Below, in pieces: positions 10,633 to 21,553 of a stretch of DNA of 64,000 bases. Position numbers and translations under genes: made by a program. Within the stretch, counting starts at the first letter, position 1, and each line of letters begins with the position of its first letter. Source of the stretch: Cyanidioschyzon merolae (Eukaryota); assembly GCA_000091205.1 (NCBI GenBank), contig AP006500.2; one strand, written 5' to 3'. Below the pieces are notes generated by a model. That model saw only the letters and a program-made list of their open reading frames with translations, did not search any database and was not told the origin of the DNA.

Positions 10633-12603
10633 TTAGGAAGCGACTCGCGGGATATCGGCACCGAGTTGCGCAAACTGTTCCCGCACGCGCTTCAACCGTT
10701 GCGACCACGTCGTCAACAAGATATCGACACGATCAGCATCGAGGTCTGTGTCTCGAATCTGCCGATAGTCGGCCACAGAGACGGGATAGCTCGATTCTGA
10801 GTACCGCGTCGGATTGACGAAGCTGTCGTCCCAGGCGGGAACTCCAGATGTCGCTGAAGAACCAAATTCAGTCTCTGTGCCTGTAGCTGGAGAATCTGTG
10901 GAAAGCAGACCTGTCGTTCGCTGCCGCCACGAGACCAGCAAAACGTCTTGCGTTTGATCAATGCGTCCGATGAGGCGGCCATCCGAAATCAGCTGCACGA
11001 CAGCGTGCTCGACTTGCGCGATGCTATCGCCTTCCCTCGTTACGCCAAGGCGCTTCGCCAAACTTGCCAGTGTGATCGCTCTATACGGGTGGACGGCTCG
11101 CAAGACAGCCCGCTGCCACAGGCGACTCGACAGTGTTTCAGTGAACGGACGCAGAAACGTATCTTCGATCATTGCACGATCCTTTTCGAGACTAGATTCG
11201 AACAGCACCAGATCATCCTTCTCGTAAGCATGAATCATATCACCCAGGGCCCGCATGTGGGGTTCCGAACCGTAGGTCTGCAATTCCGGGGCTGTGAACA
11301 AGTCCACTGTATTTCCCGAAAGCAGGTTCGCTAAAACAAGATACCGTAGAACGGCGAAGCGTTCCGGCGCACCAACCTCCTCATAATGGCGGAATGCCTC
11401 GTAGAACTCCCGTGCGGCCTCCGTGACGCAGCCCTGTGCCAGATACAACTTGCCGCCGCAGGTCCGAATGATCGCTAGGGTGCGCGGGCTCACAAGAACC
11501 CCTTTAAGCACGCTTTTCAAGCGCATGGCCTCTTGATACAGTCGCCAGAGACGAGAAGCGTAGAATCCGTCGTCTGCTGCGATCGGTACGCCCGGTCTAC
11601 CAGGCGGGCTCAGTGCTACGCCCACCGTACGAGGTACTGCGGACGAGTCCGGAGGCATTGTCGCTACAAAGTCGCGGTTCCTTCGACCTATCGATGCGGC
11701 CGGGGACGTATCCTGAGCTGTATGTCGCAACCGGTACTCCATGGCTTGTGGAAACTGGAATGGTACTGATGCGAGCTTGCCCCAAAGAACGAGCTGCAGC
11801 TGCATGTCCAACGCAAACAATTCCAGTAGCTGAGAGCCAGAGAGCGCACCTATCAGCAGCTGCTCGCCCGGTTGTCGTGGAGCGCTCACTTGCCCGCTCA
11901 GCGAGGCTGACTTGGGCTCCAGCGCTGGGTCGGCGCCCAGCCGTATACCAGCGTGGCGGTACAAGCGGCGCAGAAGCGTGCTCAGCCGCCACAAGGCCCC
12001 CGTGTCCAGATACAGCTGCCCAAGGCGCACCACGGTACGAAACCGCAATCGATTATTCAGGGAAACACCAGCTGCGTCGAGAGCGTCTATGGTAGCCTGA
12101 AGCAAACGCTCCAGTACGCTCGCAGGAACGTACGTCTCCGAGGCCAGCGAGTCCAGCAGCTGGCTGATCACGAACTCTACCAGCGTACGCGGGACCGCTG
12201 TGTGGAAGTAGCAGAGGAGACGCTCATGGAGCGCTTGTGCCCTACTATAGTCCTTTCTTTCAAAGACGCTGATAATGACTAACTGGTGAAGAGCACGAAC
12301 GCCCCACTCGCTTTCTCTCTGTGGTTGCTCCAGGGAGAGCAGTCGCTCGTATAAGGCTGCCGCTCCGCTGAGATCCCCGCGTTCCTGCAGGCTCTCCCCG
12401 TCATAGTACAGGTTCTCCAGAAGCACGGCGTACTCTGGTGTCGAGCTGCGCACTTGGCTCCAACTTGACTCTGGCGGTGTACCAGCTGGTGTTCCCATGC
12501 CCAGGAAAAAGCACGGAACACCACCACCACCAGCACCACCACCAGCACCACCACCACCAGCAGCAGCAGTAGTAGTAGTAGTAGTGGATGTAACAACAGG
12601 CAC
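10633..12603 (-). CDS. PCI-domain protein (proteasome-lid / COP9-signalosome / eIF3-type subunit) with a low-complexity N-terminus
   Basis: A 656-aa ORF. Its C-terminal region has a PCI/winged-helix signature: '...YRAITLASLAKRLGVTREGDSIAQVEHAVVQLISDGRLIGRIDQTQDVLLV', preceded by TPR-like helical repeats. The N-terminus is a poly-T/A/G tract encoded by an (ACC/AGC)n trinucleotide repeat at 12480-12600. Confidence 0.6.
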   Translation of the reverse strand: MPVVTSTTTTTTAAAGGGGAGGGAGGGGVPCFFLGMGTPAGTPPESSWSQVRSSTPEYAVLLENLYYDGESLQERGDLSGAAALYERLLSLEQPQRESEWGVRALHQLVIISVFERKDYSRAQALHERLLCYFHTAVPRTLVEFVISQLLDSLASETYVPASVLERLLQATIDALDAAGVSLNNRLRFRTVVRLGQLYLDTGALWRLSTLLRRLYRHAGIRLGADPALEPKSASLSGQVSAPRQPGEQLLIGALSGSQLLELFALDMQLQLVLWGKLASVPFQFPQAMEYRLRHTAQDTSPAASIGRRNRDFVATMPPDSSAVPRTVGVALSPPGRPGVPIAADDGFYASRLWRLYQEAMRLKSVLKGVLVSPRTLAIIRTCGGKLYLAQGCVTEAAREFYEAFRHYEEVGAPERFAVLRYLVLANLLSGNTVDLFTAPELQTYGSEPHMRALGDMIHAYEKDDLVLFESSLEKDRAMIEDTFLRPFTETLSSRLWQRAVLRAVHPYRAITLASLAKRLGVTREGDSIAQVEHAVVQLISDGRLIGRIDQTQDVLLVSWRQRTTGLLSTDSPATGTETEFGSSATSGVPAWDDSFVNPTRYSESSYPVSVADYRQIRDTDLDADRVDILLTTWSQRLKRVREQFAQLGADIPRVAS

Positions 12604-13237
12604 AATAGCAAGTGCAACAGTAGGTGCACCTGCAATCGCTCGAAGGTCTAAAGCTGCTTCGCAACCGCCACCGCCCAGAGCCGACGTCCAGCGGAGGCAA
12701 CCCGCGACTACGTCCTATATCCGAACAGCGGCAGTTGTTGTAGAAGTGCTTCCAGCGGCTGCACTGATTTTGCTGGGCTGAACCTTTATTTTCGAGTAAG
12801 GGGGAAACTGGACTGGAGGCTGGTGATAGAACGGAGCAACTTCTGGAGCAGAACGGTGGTCGCTTCTCAGGTTGCTGGCTCGTACCAACGACGACGCGAC
12901 TGGGCGTTTCGGACGCGACTCGTTGATCCCAGACCGTGCGTTAAAAAGCTGTCAAAAGCGCGCCAGTTGCTACTGCTGCTGTTTCGCGCCCACTTCATCT
13001 CTAACACTGTGGCGCTGTACTCCGTGCAAGACGCTCGGTTAGCGAGCAGCAGCGCCCGCTCGGATTCCGCTTGGAGCTGTCTCCGCTCAACTGAGGGCTC
13101 TGGTGCCGAAAAGCACGCCGCGTGTAGCGTCGTAGTCACGTTGTTTCGCGACCTGTGGAACGGCACAGTGGAGTACCCGCATAACCGCCGCACCGTCCTG
13201 TGACTCGATAGTTCATCAGGCAAACAAAACAGACGCT

Positions 13238-14494
13238 TTGACATTTACGAGCATGAGTCAGCAGCAGTCTCGCGGTAAACAACCGAACGCGCCAAGCGCT
13301 ACCGCGACGACGGCTGATAACGATGACGAAGTCGACCTTTACTCGGGAATCGAGTTCCCGCAAGCGCTCGCCCCAGCGAAACAGAAGGTGCAGCCTCTCC
13401 GAGCCGCTCCGTCGAAAGGTAGCAGCGCTTCAGAGCGTGACAGAGTCGAAGCGCATGCACCTTCGGACAAGCGTGGTGCTGACCGACTCGAACAGGCAGA
13501 GCGCAACGCGAACGAGACCTCCAGAGTTCGTGCAGCGCCCGACCCTAGCATCAGCGATGATCTCCACGACTCAGACGAAGAGGACGACGCCGAAGAAGAG
13601 GATCAAGAATCATCGGACGACGACGTGGATATCATTTTGGGCAGTTCGCAACCCGCGATTGGCGAGCAGGCAGCCAAGTTTGCTGCATCATGGAATGAAG
13701 TCGCGAAGGAAGGGCGTGGTGTTGCCGAGCAGGGCGGCACTGCCGCAGGTCTCGGCATGATGAACGCCGAGGCCTCGCTTCAATCGTCAGCGTTGCTTCA
13801 GAGCATGTTGCCACAACCAACCATGGCAAATGTTGTTCCCGGCAAACAGAGAAGTCTCTACGAAGTTGAGCTAGAGCAGTTGGATGAAAAGCCCTGGCGG
13901 GAGCCCGGCGCTGTACTCTCTGACTACTTTAATTACGGGTTTACAGAGGAGACCTGGAAAATATATTGTCAACACCAGGCTGCAATGCGCCAGGAGACAA
14001 GCGTCCTGCACCGTCAGGTTACAATGAACCAGGCGACGGCATCACGGGAACGCGACAAGCCGACGCGTCCCGGCCAGGCTGGTGCCGGCTCTGCAGCGAT
14101 AAGCGCGGGGAACGCTCGCGAAAGGCCACCGCGACGAGCGGTGGAAGAGGAAAAGCCCAAACGAGACGTCGAGTCTACCGCCAAGAGCACCGGGAAAGGT
14201 CCTGGGACTGCGTGGAAGGTGGCTGGTTCGAGTCCATCCCTGCTGCCGAGTAAGAACGTCTTGGAGCGTCTCGCTCAGGTGCGCCAACAAATCATGAGCC
14301 AGAACACCGGAGCCCAGACTCCAGAATCCAGTTCAAAAACGATGCACCGTCATGAAACAACCAGCTCTGAGGCAAACTCCGGAGAAGCAGATCGCGCTGA
14401 GCCGACTCAAGCCACGGCATCCGATGATCGCACTCGAAAGCGGAAACGGGTGAATGAGGAACCAGCACCGAGCATCGCGGACAGGTCCCGCTGA
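13238..14494 (+). CDS. FIP1: Pre-mRNA 3'-end processing factor FIP1 homologue
   Basis: An acidic N-terminal region precedes the conserved Fip1 motif 'EQLDEKPWREPGAVLSDYFNYGFTEETWKIYCQHQ' (compare canonical '...KPWRKPGADxSDYFNYGFxExTWxxYC'). The C-terminal tail is rich in R, S, D and E. Confidence 0.7.
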   Translation: MTFTSMSQQQSRGKQPNAPSATATTADNDDEVDLYSGIEFPQALAPAKQKVQPLRAAPSKGSSASERDRVEAHAPSDKRGADRLEQAERNANETSRVRAAPDPSISDDLHDSDEEDDAEEEDQESSDDDVDIILGSSQPAIGEQAAKFAASWNEVAKEGRGVAEQGGTAAGLGMMNAEASLQSSALLQSMLPQPTMANVVPGKQRSLYEVELEQLDEKPWREPGAVLSDYFNYGFTEETWKIYCQHQAAMRQETSVLHRQVTMNQATASRERDKPTRPGQAGAGSAAISAGNARERPPRRAVEEEKPKRDVESTAKSTGKGPGTAWKVAGSSPSLLPSKNVLERLAQVRQQIMSQNTGAQTPESSSKTMHRHETTSSEANSGEADRAEPTQATASDDRTRKRKRVNEEPAPSIADRSR

Positions 14495-15283
14495 AAACCT
14501 GGACTCGCTGCGGTGATGCGCTTATGGTCATCATCCTGGCGCGTCTTGTCGTACCGAGAGTGCCTCTGGGGGTTACATGTCCTGCGCTGGGGCGACACAG
14601 CGCATCCAGGTATCGATGGAGCTCGACGGCAACCGAGTAGAGCACCAAACGATGTGCGTCCGTCGCCATGCAACGGAAGCGAGCACCTCTCTTGGATATG
14701 TGTATGTGTGTGCGAATGTGCTTGTGTGTTGTCATTGCGTTTCCTCGACACGACTTTTGGTGCCGCTGACGCTGATGAACGACCGCTTCTCGCTTGGGTC
14801 CACCAATCGTGACCAGGACATATCCAGCGGTCACTTTGGCGTGCACGAGCCCTGCAAGGAAACGCTCATGGTGCACGCAACCGCGTCGGAAGACGAAAAC
14901 GCCTCAAGGTCGATCGCTCGTCTCCTCGTAAAGAACACGGCTTGCTGAACTCTCGCTGATGCGTCCAACGCCGGTTCGGAGAAGGCGGCTAGTCGGAGCC
15001 TACCCGCGACAACCTTCAGCATCGTCTATACCGCAGCACCGTCGCCCGCCGCAACACCACACGCTACACCACGCTCTCGTTCTAGAAACCCTACCATCCC
15101 AGGTACATTCGCATCATTCGATAGAATAAGCGCATGAAGCCGCTAAAGGCAACTGCACGTTGAAAAACGCACCTCAGTGCATTTCCAGCAACCGTTCAGG
15201 ACACCGGTCAAGCCACATTCCCAACCGAACTTGCTTGCGCGAATAGCTTTTGGGTTCCAGTTGCTGTTGGTGGTGTTGATGCA

Positions 15284-17635
15284 ATGCCACGCCTCAGAGG
15301 CAGAGGAAGCTCTCGGTCGGAGGAGACTGCATCACACGAAAGTACGCCAACAGGGAGCACGGCAGCTACACCAGCTAGCGAGGACGGCAGTGGCACGTCA
15401 CGCTCAGCAGCGAACGAGTCGGACGAGTGGAGCGCGAGCGCACTCGGTGCGGCACTTGTTCAGGGACTGCGAGCACTCCTCGAAGACGTGTCCCTAAGCT
15501 TTCAAACCGAGTCAAGTGGTGAGCGACCTAGTCAACGGCGCCGTTCGCGTCGCCAACACCTGCAGTTCCAACGCTATGCATCGAGTCGTCTGGCTCCGAA
15601 CGTCGGGGTGAACCGTGCCGCTATCCAAGCGGATATCGCTTTTCCACAAGCGCTCTGGCAGCTGGATGAGTCAGGACGTGAACGAGAACGCTCGATTGAA
15701 GACATCGAGAGAATGGAAGCTGTTTTGACGTACTTGAGCTACTGGCTAGGCGAGCGCAACGGAAGTCGCGTGGTGTACGGCTCGCAGCAGCGTTTCCGGA
15801 GCCCGTTGCATGAAACGGACGCTGCTCTGCGCCCAGTTTGGGCGATTCGCCTCGGCTCGGTTCCTGACGCCTTGAGAGCGCGTGAATGTACCGCAGAGGC
15901 GGTCCCAATGCCGGGTCTAGCAACCAAGAGTCGTCTGTGGACCGAGCCGCCGCAGCTGCTCGCGGAATGTCATCGCGAGCGTCTGGAACAGTTCCTGCAT
16001 CTCTTGCTGCCGCCGACAACTGAGTCGAACCTGCCACTGGATGCTCAATATTTTTCATCTTTCTGGTATCGATTTTTATTTCTAGAGAAGGAGCTCCTGC
16101 GCTCTGTGGACGTTCGTCAGCCAACGGCACCTCCGGTGCATTACTCACAGCCGCTCAGCGACGGTGATCCGCGAGCTGCCTCTGAGGCCGCTGGGATCAG
16201 TGCAGCTACCTCTACCGACACTTGTTCAAGTTTTCAGCAGCCTTGGTCGCGACTTTATCCAGGTGCATGTAGTACACGAGCGCCCGGAGCTGCAAGTCGA
16301 TCCCTACCCTGTGGATTCCATGACGCTGCGATGGCGTCTCTGCAGGAGCACTATGTTCCGCAGTTTCCGCTGCGCAAACTCGATGTCTACTCAGCGAGAG
16401 CGTACGGGTGTCGCTTTTTTGATGAAGGAAGACTACTCGTAACGAGTTGCCAGGATCGACGCCTCCGCTTGTACGACACCAGTGCTCTGGATGTGTTCGA
16501 GTGGTGCGGCGGTTCACCGGAGCACTCGCTTTTGGAGCGATGGGAGCGACCTCCTTCGGAGCAGGATTGTCGCGCTCGCTTGCCGGTAAGCGAGGTGATC
16601 GCTCGGGACCTTCGCTGGACCGTAACCGACGTAGACTGGTCTCGACAAGCGGACGGCACCAGTTGGCTCGCGTACGCTTCGATCACGCCACGTGTTTATC
16701 TGGTTCGGTTGGATGCAGTAGAGGCGCAGCAGGCGCTGAGTTTTGCGGCACCTGCGAATCTCGTCCTTGACCAGAGCAGCAGCGAAACCGGTGCAGCAGC
16801 CGGCTGGACTAACTTGCTTGATGCAGAGAACTCCTACGGCCTTGGGATATGGAGTGTTCGTTTTCGACCTGATGGATCGGAACTGGTGGCGGGTGCCAGC
16901 CACACGGGTCATGTTTTCGGTGATCTCGTCGTTTATCGCCTGGAGCGGCAAGCGCCGGTGGCATCACTGCGAGCTCACCAGGATGACGTGAACAGCGTGG
17001 CGGTAGCGGGGGCAAACCTCATCCTCAGTGCTGCGGATGACGCCTATATTCACGTATGGGATCGTCGAGACCTTCGCCGGCCTTGCGGCTCCTTTGTGGG
17101 CCACACCGAGGGTATCACACACGTGTCGTGGCGTGGAGAAGAGGTCGCTCCGCAACTCCGATGCGCAACGGACCTGCTTGACCAGCGCTATGTGGTGAGC
17201 ATCGGCAAAGACCAGCGATGCAAGCTATGGGATATTCGTTTGCTGCGAGAAGCGAGTCAGGTCGAGCGGCCGCGTCCAACGCATTACGACTACCGTTGGA
17301 ACGATATGGTGAATCCGCCACTCGATAATCGAAGAACCCTTCGCGGGGATAACTCGCTTTACACATTCATTGGTATGCGGGTTTTGAGTACCCTGATTCG
17401 AGCCTACTTTTCGCCTCTGTCTACAACGAGTGGGCGATACATTTACACCGGAAGCCAAGATGGGCGCATTTGTCTCTTTGATACGGTGAGCGGCATGCCG
17501 CTCACGGCACTGCGTGGACACGAAGCCGCAGTTCGAGAAATGAGTTGGAGTCCGCGCCTGCCCGGAGTACTTGTCAGCGCTGGTTGGGATGGTCAGGCGC
17601 TCATCTGGCGACCGGCTGGTGTTGAAGATCACTGA
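15284..17635 (+). CDS. DCAF11: WD40-repeat protein, DCAF11/WDR23 (LEC14B)-like CUL4-DDB1 substrate receptor
   Basis: A 783-aa ORF whose C-terminal half has WD repeats. Blocks match DCAF11 closely: 'AADDAYIHVWDRRDL', 'GHTEGITHVSWRGE', 'IGKDQRCKLWDIRLL', 'TLIRAYFSPLSTTSGRYIYTGSQDGRICLFDTVSG' and 'VSAGWDGQALIWR'. Confidence 0.75.
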   Translation: MPRLRGRGSSRSEETASHESTPTGSTAATPASEDGSGTSRSAANESDEWSASALGAALVQGLRALLEDVSLSFQTESSGERPSQRRRSRRQHLQFQRYASSRLAPNVGVNRAAIQADIAFPQALWQLDESGRERERSIEDIERMEAVLTYLSYWLGERNGSRVVYGSQQRFRSPLHETDAALRPVWAIRLGSVPDALRARECTAEAVPMPGLATKSRLWTEPPQLLAECHRERLEQFLHLLLPPTTESNLPLDAQYFSSFWYRFLFLEKELLRSVDVRQPTAPPVHYSQPLSDGDPRAASEAAGISAATSTDTCSSFQQPWSRLYPGACSTRAPGAASRSLPCGFHDAAMASLQEHYVPQFPLRKLDVYSARAYGCRFFDEGRLLVTSCQDRRLRLYDTSALDVFEWCGGSPEHSLLERWERPPSEQDCRARLPVSEVIARDLRWTVTDVDWSRQADGTSWLAYASITPRVYLVRLDAVEAQQALSFAAPANLVLDQSSSETGAAAGWTNLLDAENSYGLGIWSVRFRPDGSELVAGASHTGHVFGDLVVYRLERQAPVASLRAHQDDVNSVAVAGANLILSAADDAYIHVWDRRDLRRPCGSFVGHTEGITHVSWRGEEVAPQLRCATDLLDQRYVVSIGKDQRCKLWDIRLLREASQVERPRPTHYDYRWNDMVNPPLDNRRTLRGDNSLYTFIGMRVLSTLIRAYFSPLSTTSGRYIYTGSQDGRICLFDTVSGMPLTALRGHEAAVREMSWSPRLPGVLVSAGWDGQALIWRPAGVEDH

Positions 17636-18938
17636 AATGCACTCGAGTGGCGAAGCATGTTGCTGGCATGCGTTTGCCTCGATATCCGTGGTGCAAGACG
17701 GTCAAGCTCATGGGAAACGTTTCCGCGCTATGGACAGCTTCTAGTTCGAGGAGAAGCACAGGCAGCTGGGAGCGGCTTACCTGCAACGCGTGCAGCCTTG
17801 GGTCGCTGCGACCCCTCGAATGCGTTTCTCGGTCGGTGATCGTGAAGCGCAGCGACACGACTTGCATTCGTTTGCTTCATGTTCTAGTGTATATAAATTT
17901 CCAGATGCGGTACGTGTCATCTACGGAGGCTTTCTTCGTTGCCGAGCGCGAGCATTCCCTGGATACGCCCAAGCTGCCGGCAACGGCGAGACTGTCCGAG
18001 GAGGCGTAGATGGTGTCACCAGCGATCAACGCTTCCCGTCGGCAGTTTGGTCTGCCCAGCGAACGCTCTGGGCACGAGGCCTCCCACAGGTGTGTGCTGC
18101 GACATTGGATGCACAGCGACCGCTGCTGTCAAAGTCGCCCTCCGAAGACATACCGCCATTACAATGCCTCGAAGCCGGTGCGAACCGGCTAGCGGCGCAA
18201 ACGTTGGTGCTTCCCAATATGCGGTGCCGCCTGCAGGAACGCAGCAGGATCCTGAAGGATCGACTGGTGAGAAATATCGGTTAGGTTGAGTTCCTGCACG
18301 ATCGATCGGGCGATATCGCGTACCAGGGGCATGATTTTCTTGCACGTCCCGCTGGTACCTCGGTGTATGCGCTGCAACTGTCCGACACTGACATGCAGAC
18401 CGGAATTGTAGGCGCTATGTTGCGTAGAGTCTCCTCCAAAGTTTGCATCCACTGCACGGGCTTTGTTTGATATCGCATCAGATGACATCATAAAGGATAT
18501 GCGCCAGTGAAGGCCAAGAGCGCTGAGCGGTGCCGCAGTTCATCAGGGCGCGAGGTGTGTCGACGCAAGCGCCTGCAGCTCGGTGCCCGCTGGAGATTCA
18601 TTTGGAAGCATTTGCTCGTTTGTTCAATTGACTCCGCATTTTCGGATCCCGAAGACACGACTGACGTGCGAACTCCGTGGACCGCTTCGGGCTGTTGGCG
18701 TCGTAACACTGCTCGGCCATGGCAACCGTGCAAGGCACCCGCCTGCATGGCTGTGCACATCGACCTCATGGTGTATGCAGAGCGACGGACAACGTGCTCG
18801 TTCACTTATCCGCAAGAAGCTGGCGAATGCTCCCTCAAGTAGCGTAAAATAAGGCGCAACCACTCGTATCGTCGGGGAATGCGGCGACTTTTGAACCTGA
18901 ATGCGCACCAGCAGGCATCACAATGAAACGCCCGCGTT

Positions 18939-20168
18939 TCACGACGCGACCCCTTCCAGTGATGCAGTGGAAACCGTGCGGGAGCTGGCCTGGGCTTTGA
19001 AGTACTCAAAAGCCGTCATGGTTATGGCGGTGTTCGGTACGATCCATAGAACTCGCGGACCCAGACCTCGGAGCAGCGCTTGGTAACCCTGTTCTCGAAC
19101 GAGTGCGCTCGCCATTCGCCAGAGACTGAGGCGTTCTCCTGCGGCCAACCGCGTCGTCTGCAACCGGGTCTTCAGGACGTCGAGCGGTGTGGTACAGGCA
19201 GCGGCGACTGCTCCGCTCGCCGCAGCGCTCGCAAGGATGCTCCACGATGGCAGTGACTCGGATTTCGTGAGAAATCGCGACCACCACCGCTTTAGCCGTT
19301 CATAGGTTACAAAGTAAAGCATCGCGTATGGGCCGAACACACCGATGGTGAGCAGGTACCCGCGAAAAAGGGCACGTGCACCTTCCTCTGTCCAGAGACG
19401 GCGCGCTAATGTTCGTAAAGTCGCATCCGCATCACAAGTCGCTACTTGAGCGCGTTGTTTCATCACTTCCATTGGTGTCCAGAAAACAGCGCTCACAGTC
19501 TCTGCCGCCAGCCCCGAGCAGAGGTGATTCCAGGGGCTGCTGGCGGATAGATCTATGAGCGGTCGTCGATGCGGCGATGTGCGACTCGCTGCCTCGAACT
19601 CGGCAAGTGCGAACTTGGTTTTTTCGTATACTGTAAGGTAAGTTGCCACTGCTGGTGCCTGCACCAGCACGCTAATTGTGTAGCCGCGGTAGAGCGAACG
19701 AACAAAAGCCCCAAAGCGGCCCAGGCGACGGTGGTACCGGGCACACGACTCGGTGCCCGCTCGCTGCAACGTCTCCCAGATCGAGAGCGGCTTACTGGAG
19801 ACCATCACGCGCGCCCGAATGGTATCCAGAGGTTGCACAGCGGTTCGCGCCAGAACGCCAGCTACGGCTGACCAACTGCACAGGTCGGTAATAGCCGGTT
19901 CGTGCGCTGTCGAGGGCGGCGACATCCTCGCTGCTGAGGAATCGGGTAACGTCACCGGTTCCCCAGACGCTGACATGGCCAGTCCCTGTGCTTCGGCTTG
20001 CCGTTTGGAAGCGAGGTAATCATCCAGGCGTATTTGCCCAGAGCAGCGAGCGCGTCCTCGCTCTGGCAGTACACGCGCTTGAGGTACACGGGTGAAAGCG
20101 CGCACGGTCGAGGTTTTCGTTTTGGGGTGCGGTAACGCCACGAACCACCGCCGCAAGCAGCCACACAC
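18939..20168 (-). CDS. Mitochondrial carrier family (SLC25) protein
   Basis: Three tandem carrier repeats, each with a Px[DE]xx[KR] signature ('PLDTIRARV', 'PMEVMKQRAQV', 'PLDVLKTRLQ'), and six predicted transmembrane segments. Confidence 0.8.
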   Translation of the reverse strand: MCGCLRRWFVALPHPKTKTSTVRAFTRVPQARVLPERGRARCSGQIRLDDYLASKRQAEAQGLAMSASGEPVTLPDSSAARMSPPSTAHEPAITDLCSWSAVAGVLARTAVQPLDTIRARVMVSSKPLSIWETLQRAGTESCARYHRRLGRFGAFVRSLYRGYTISVLVQAPAVATYLTVYEKTKFALAEFEAASRTSPHRRPLIDLSASSPWNHLCSGLAAETVSAVFWTPMEVMKQRAQVATCDADATLRTLARRLWTEEGARALFRGYLLTIGVFGPYAMLYFVTYERLKRWWSRFLTKSESLPSWSILASAAASGAVAAACTTPLDVLKTRLQTTRLAAGERLSLWRMASALVREQGYQALLRGLGPRVLWIVPNTAITMTAFEYFKAQASSRTVSTASLEGVAS

Positions 20169-20942
20169 TGTCGCTTAGTCGCGAGGGCTGGTCAGTGGAA
20201 CCATACAGGTATCTAGATCAAACCACCGACAAATCCCTCGAGTCTTCTCACGTAGCCTCTGTACCTCGCACAGCGCTTTCGATAGCAGCACAGCGGGGCA
20301 TGCTTGCTTCCCCACGGTCCAGATTCGGGAGTGGGTACACGCCCTCGGCTGGCGTGCGCGTGCCGTGCATCCCCATGCGGCGACCGATACCCTGCTGTCC
20401 TTCTTGTACTAAAGTGTATCGTTTAATACAGATCCGATGAGCTGCATTTCCCTGGCGATGCAGCAGCGGGCGCTCGCGGAGACGCGGGAACCCTGCGACA
20501 CTGGGCGACGAGGGCGCTGCTTGGAATGACGGAAGCGAGCTCAGCTTCCTTATAGATCACTTTGGGTTCGACCAGCTCGGAAAAGGCTTGTTATCAGAGG
20601 GATCGAAACTTGATGAATCCAAAGAGCTCCTGAGTGCTGACCCCGTTCGCGCCAGCGGACGTGCATGCGTGTCAGCATGCATTGGAATCGGTCGACGTAC
20701 CTCACACGGACGTACACGCTACGGTTTGCGTCTCTTTCCGTTGTCTGTAACACGAGAGTCTCTGGGATATTTTTGTGACTCCTTTATTTGCCTATCTTAT
20801 TGTCGACTTTCAATGTGAAGATCTCTTCTTTCCCTGAAGCTCCGTTGTCCATCGGCGAATGATATTGATAGCAGTGTTCAAGTTGCGACTTGCTGCGTTC
20901 TGCAGTTGGCGACGCATTAGCTGCACAGACCAAAGATGCGAT

Positions 20943-21553
20943 CTAGGCTTCGCTTGCCATGTTCACCTTCGTGGTATACAGGCTCGGTGCGCACCCTTCG
21001 CACCGGTGACTCATGACTGTGATCAGATGGTCTCGGACGACCACAAAAACTCGTGACGCTCCAGAGGCTGTAGGGCGGCGTGAGAACGCGTGCTTCATCG
21101 CTCGGTCCGTGCCCTTGACGGTTGAAGAAGGCTCCACGCGATAGTGTCCTCCTCTTCTGCGCACACTACCGCACTCTGTGATCAGGGGTTTCTTCTGAGA
21201 GATCCCTCTGGCGAGTACGCTGTCGCTGCATGCGCAAGCGCGTGCAGTTTTCCGAACAAAACAGCACGGATGGGACGCGATGTTGTCGGTGATGATGCGC
21301 ATTCGGGAAGGGAAATCCAGGTTGGAGATGATATCGAGATATTTCGAAACGTTTACGCCCTGTTCGTGCAACGCGATGACGCAGGTCCGGACCCGGGATC
21401 CACTCTCATGGGAACAGGCAAGATGAGTGCATCAGGGAGCACGGATCCTCTGACTGGTATCATGCTACCATGGAAATCCGTTTTGTCGATGGCCTTGCAG
21501 AGAGGCGGATATGCCCTCCGAATGGCGCGACTCAATTGACGAGAGACGTTCAA
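20943..21553 (-). pseudogene. Possible decayed DDE transposase (pogo/Tc1-like) relic
   Basis: The minus-strand ORF contains 'RIITDNIASHP', resembling the DDE_1 'LLLDNASSHP' motif. An adjacent frame gives 'ALQPLE' (compare 'LQPLDQGII'). Frames are broken and the spacing is atypical. The relic lies in a gene-poor, AT-richer interval of ~3 kb. Confidence 0.25.

Noticed and set aside
12279-12700. ORFs encoding poly-L/V/C/W/Y strings and a poly-P/A ORF at 12497-12781 (+)
   Set aside because: They are translations of the (ACC/AGC/AGT)n trinucleotide repeat in alternative frames or on the opposite strand. The real coding frame is the poly-T/A/G N-terminus of the PCI-domain gene.
15621-16148. A 175-aa minus-strand ORF
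   Set aside because: It is entirely antisense to the well-supported DCAF11-like WD40 gene, which is a typical spurious long ORF in GC-rich DNA. The same applies to 14292-14876 (-) overlapping FIP1 and to 36813-37250 / 37111-37719 (-) overlapping the PHD gene.
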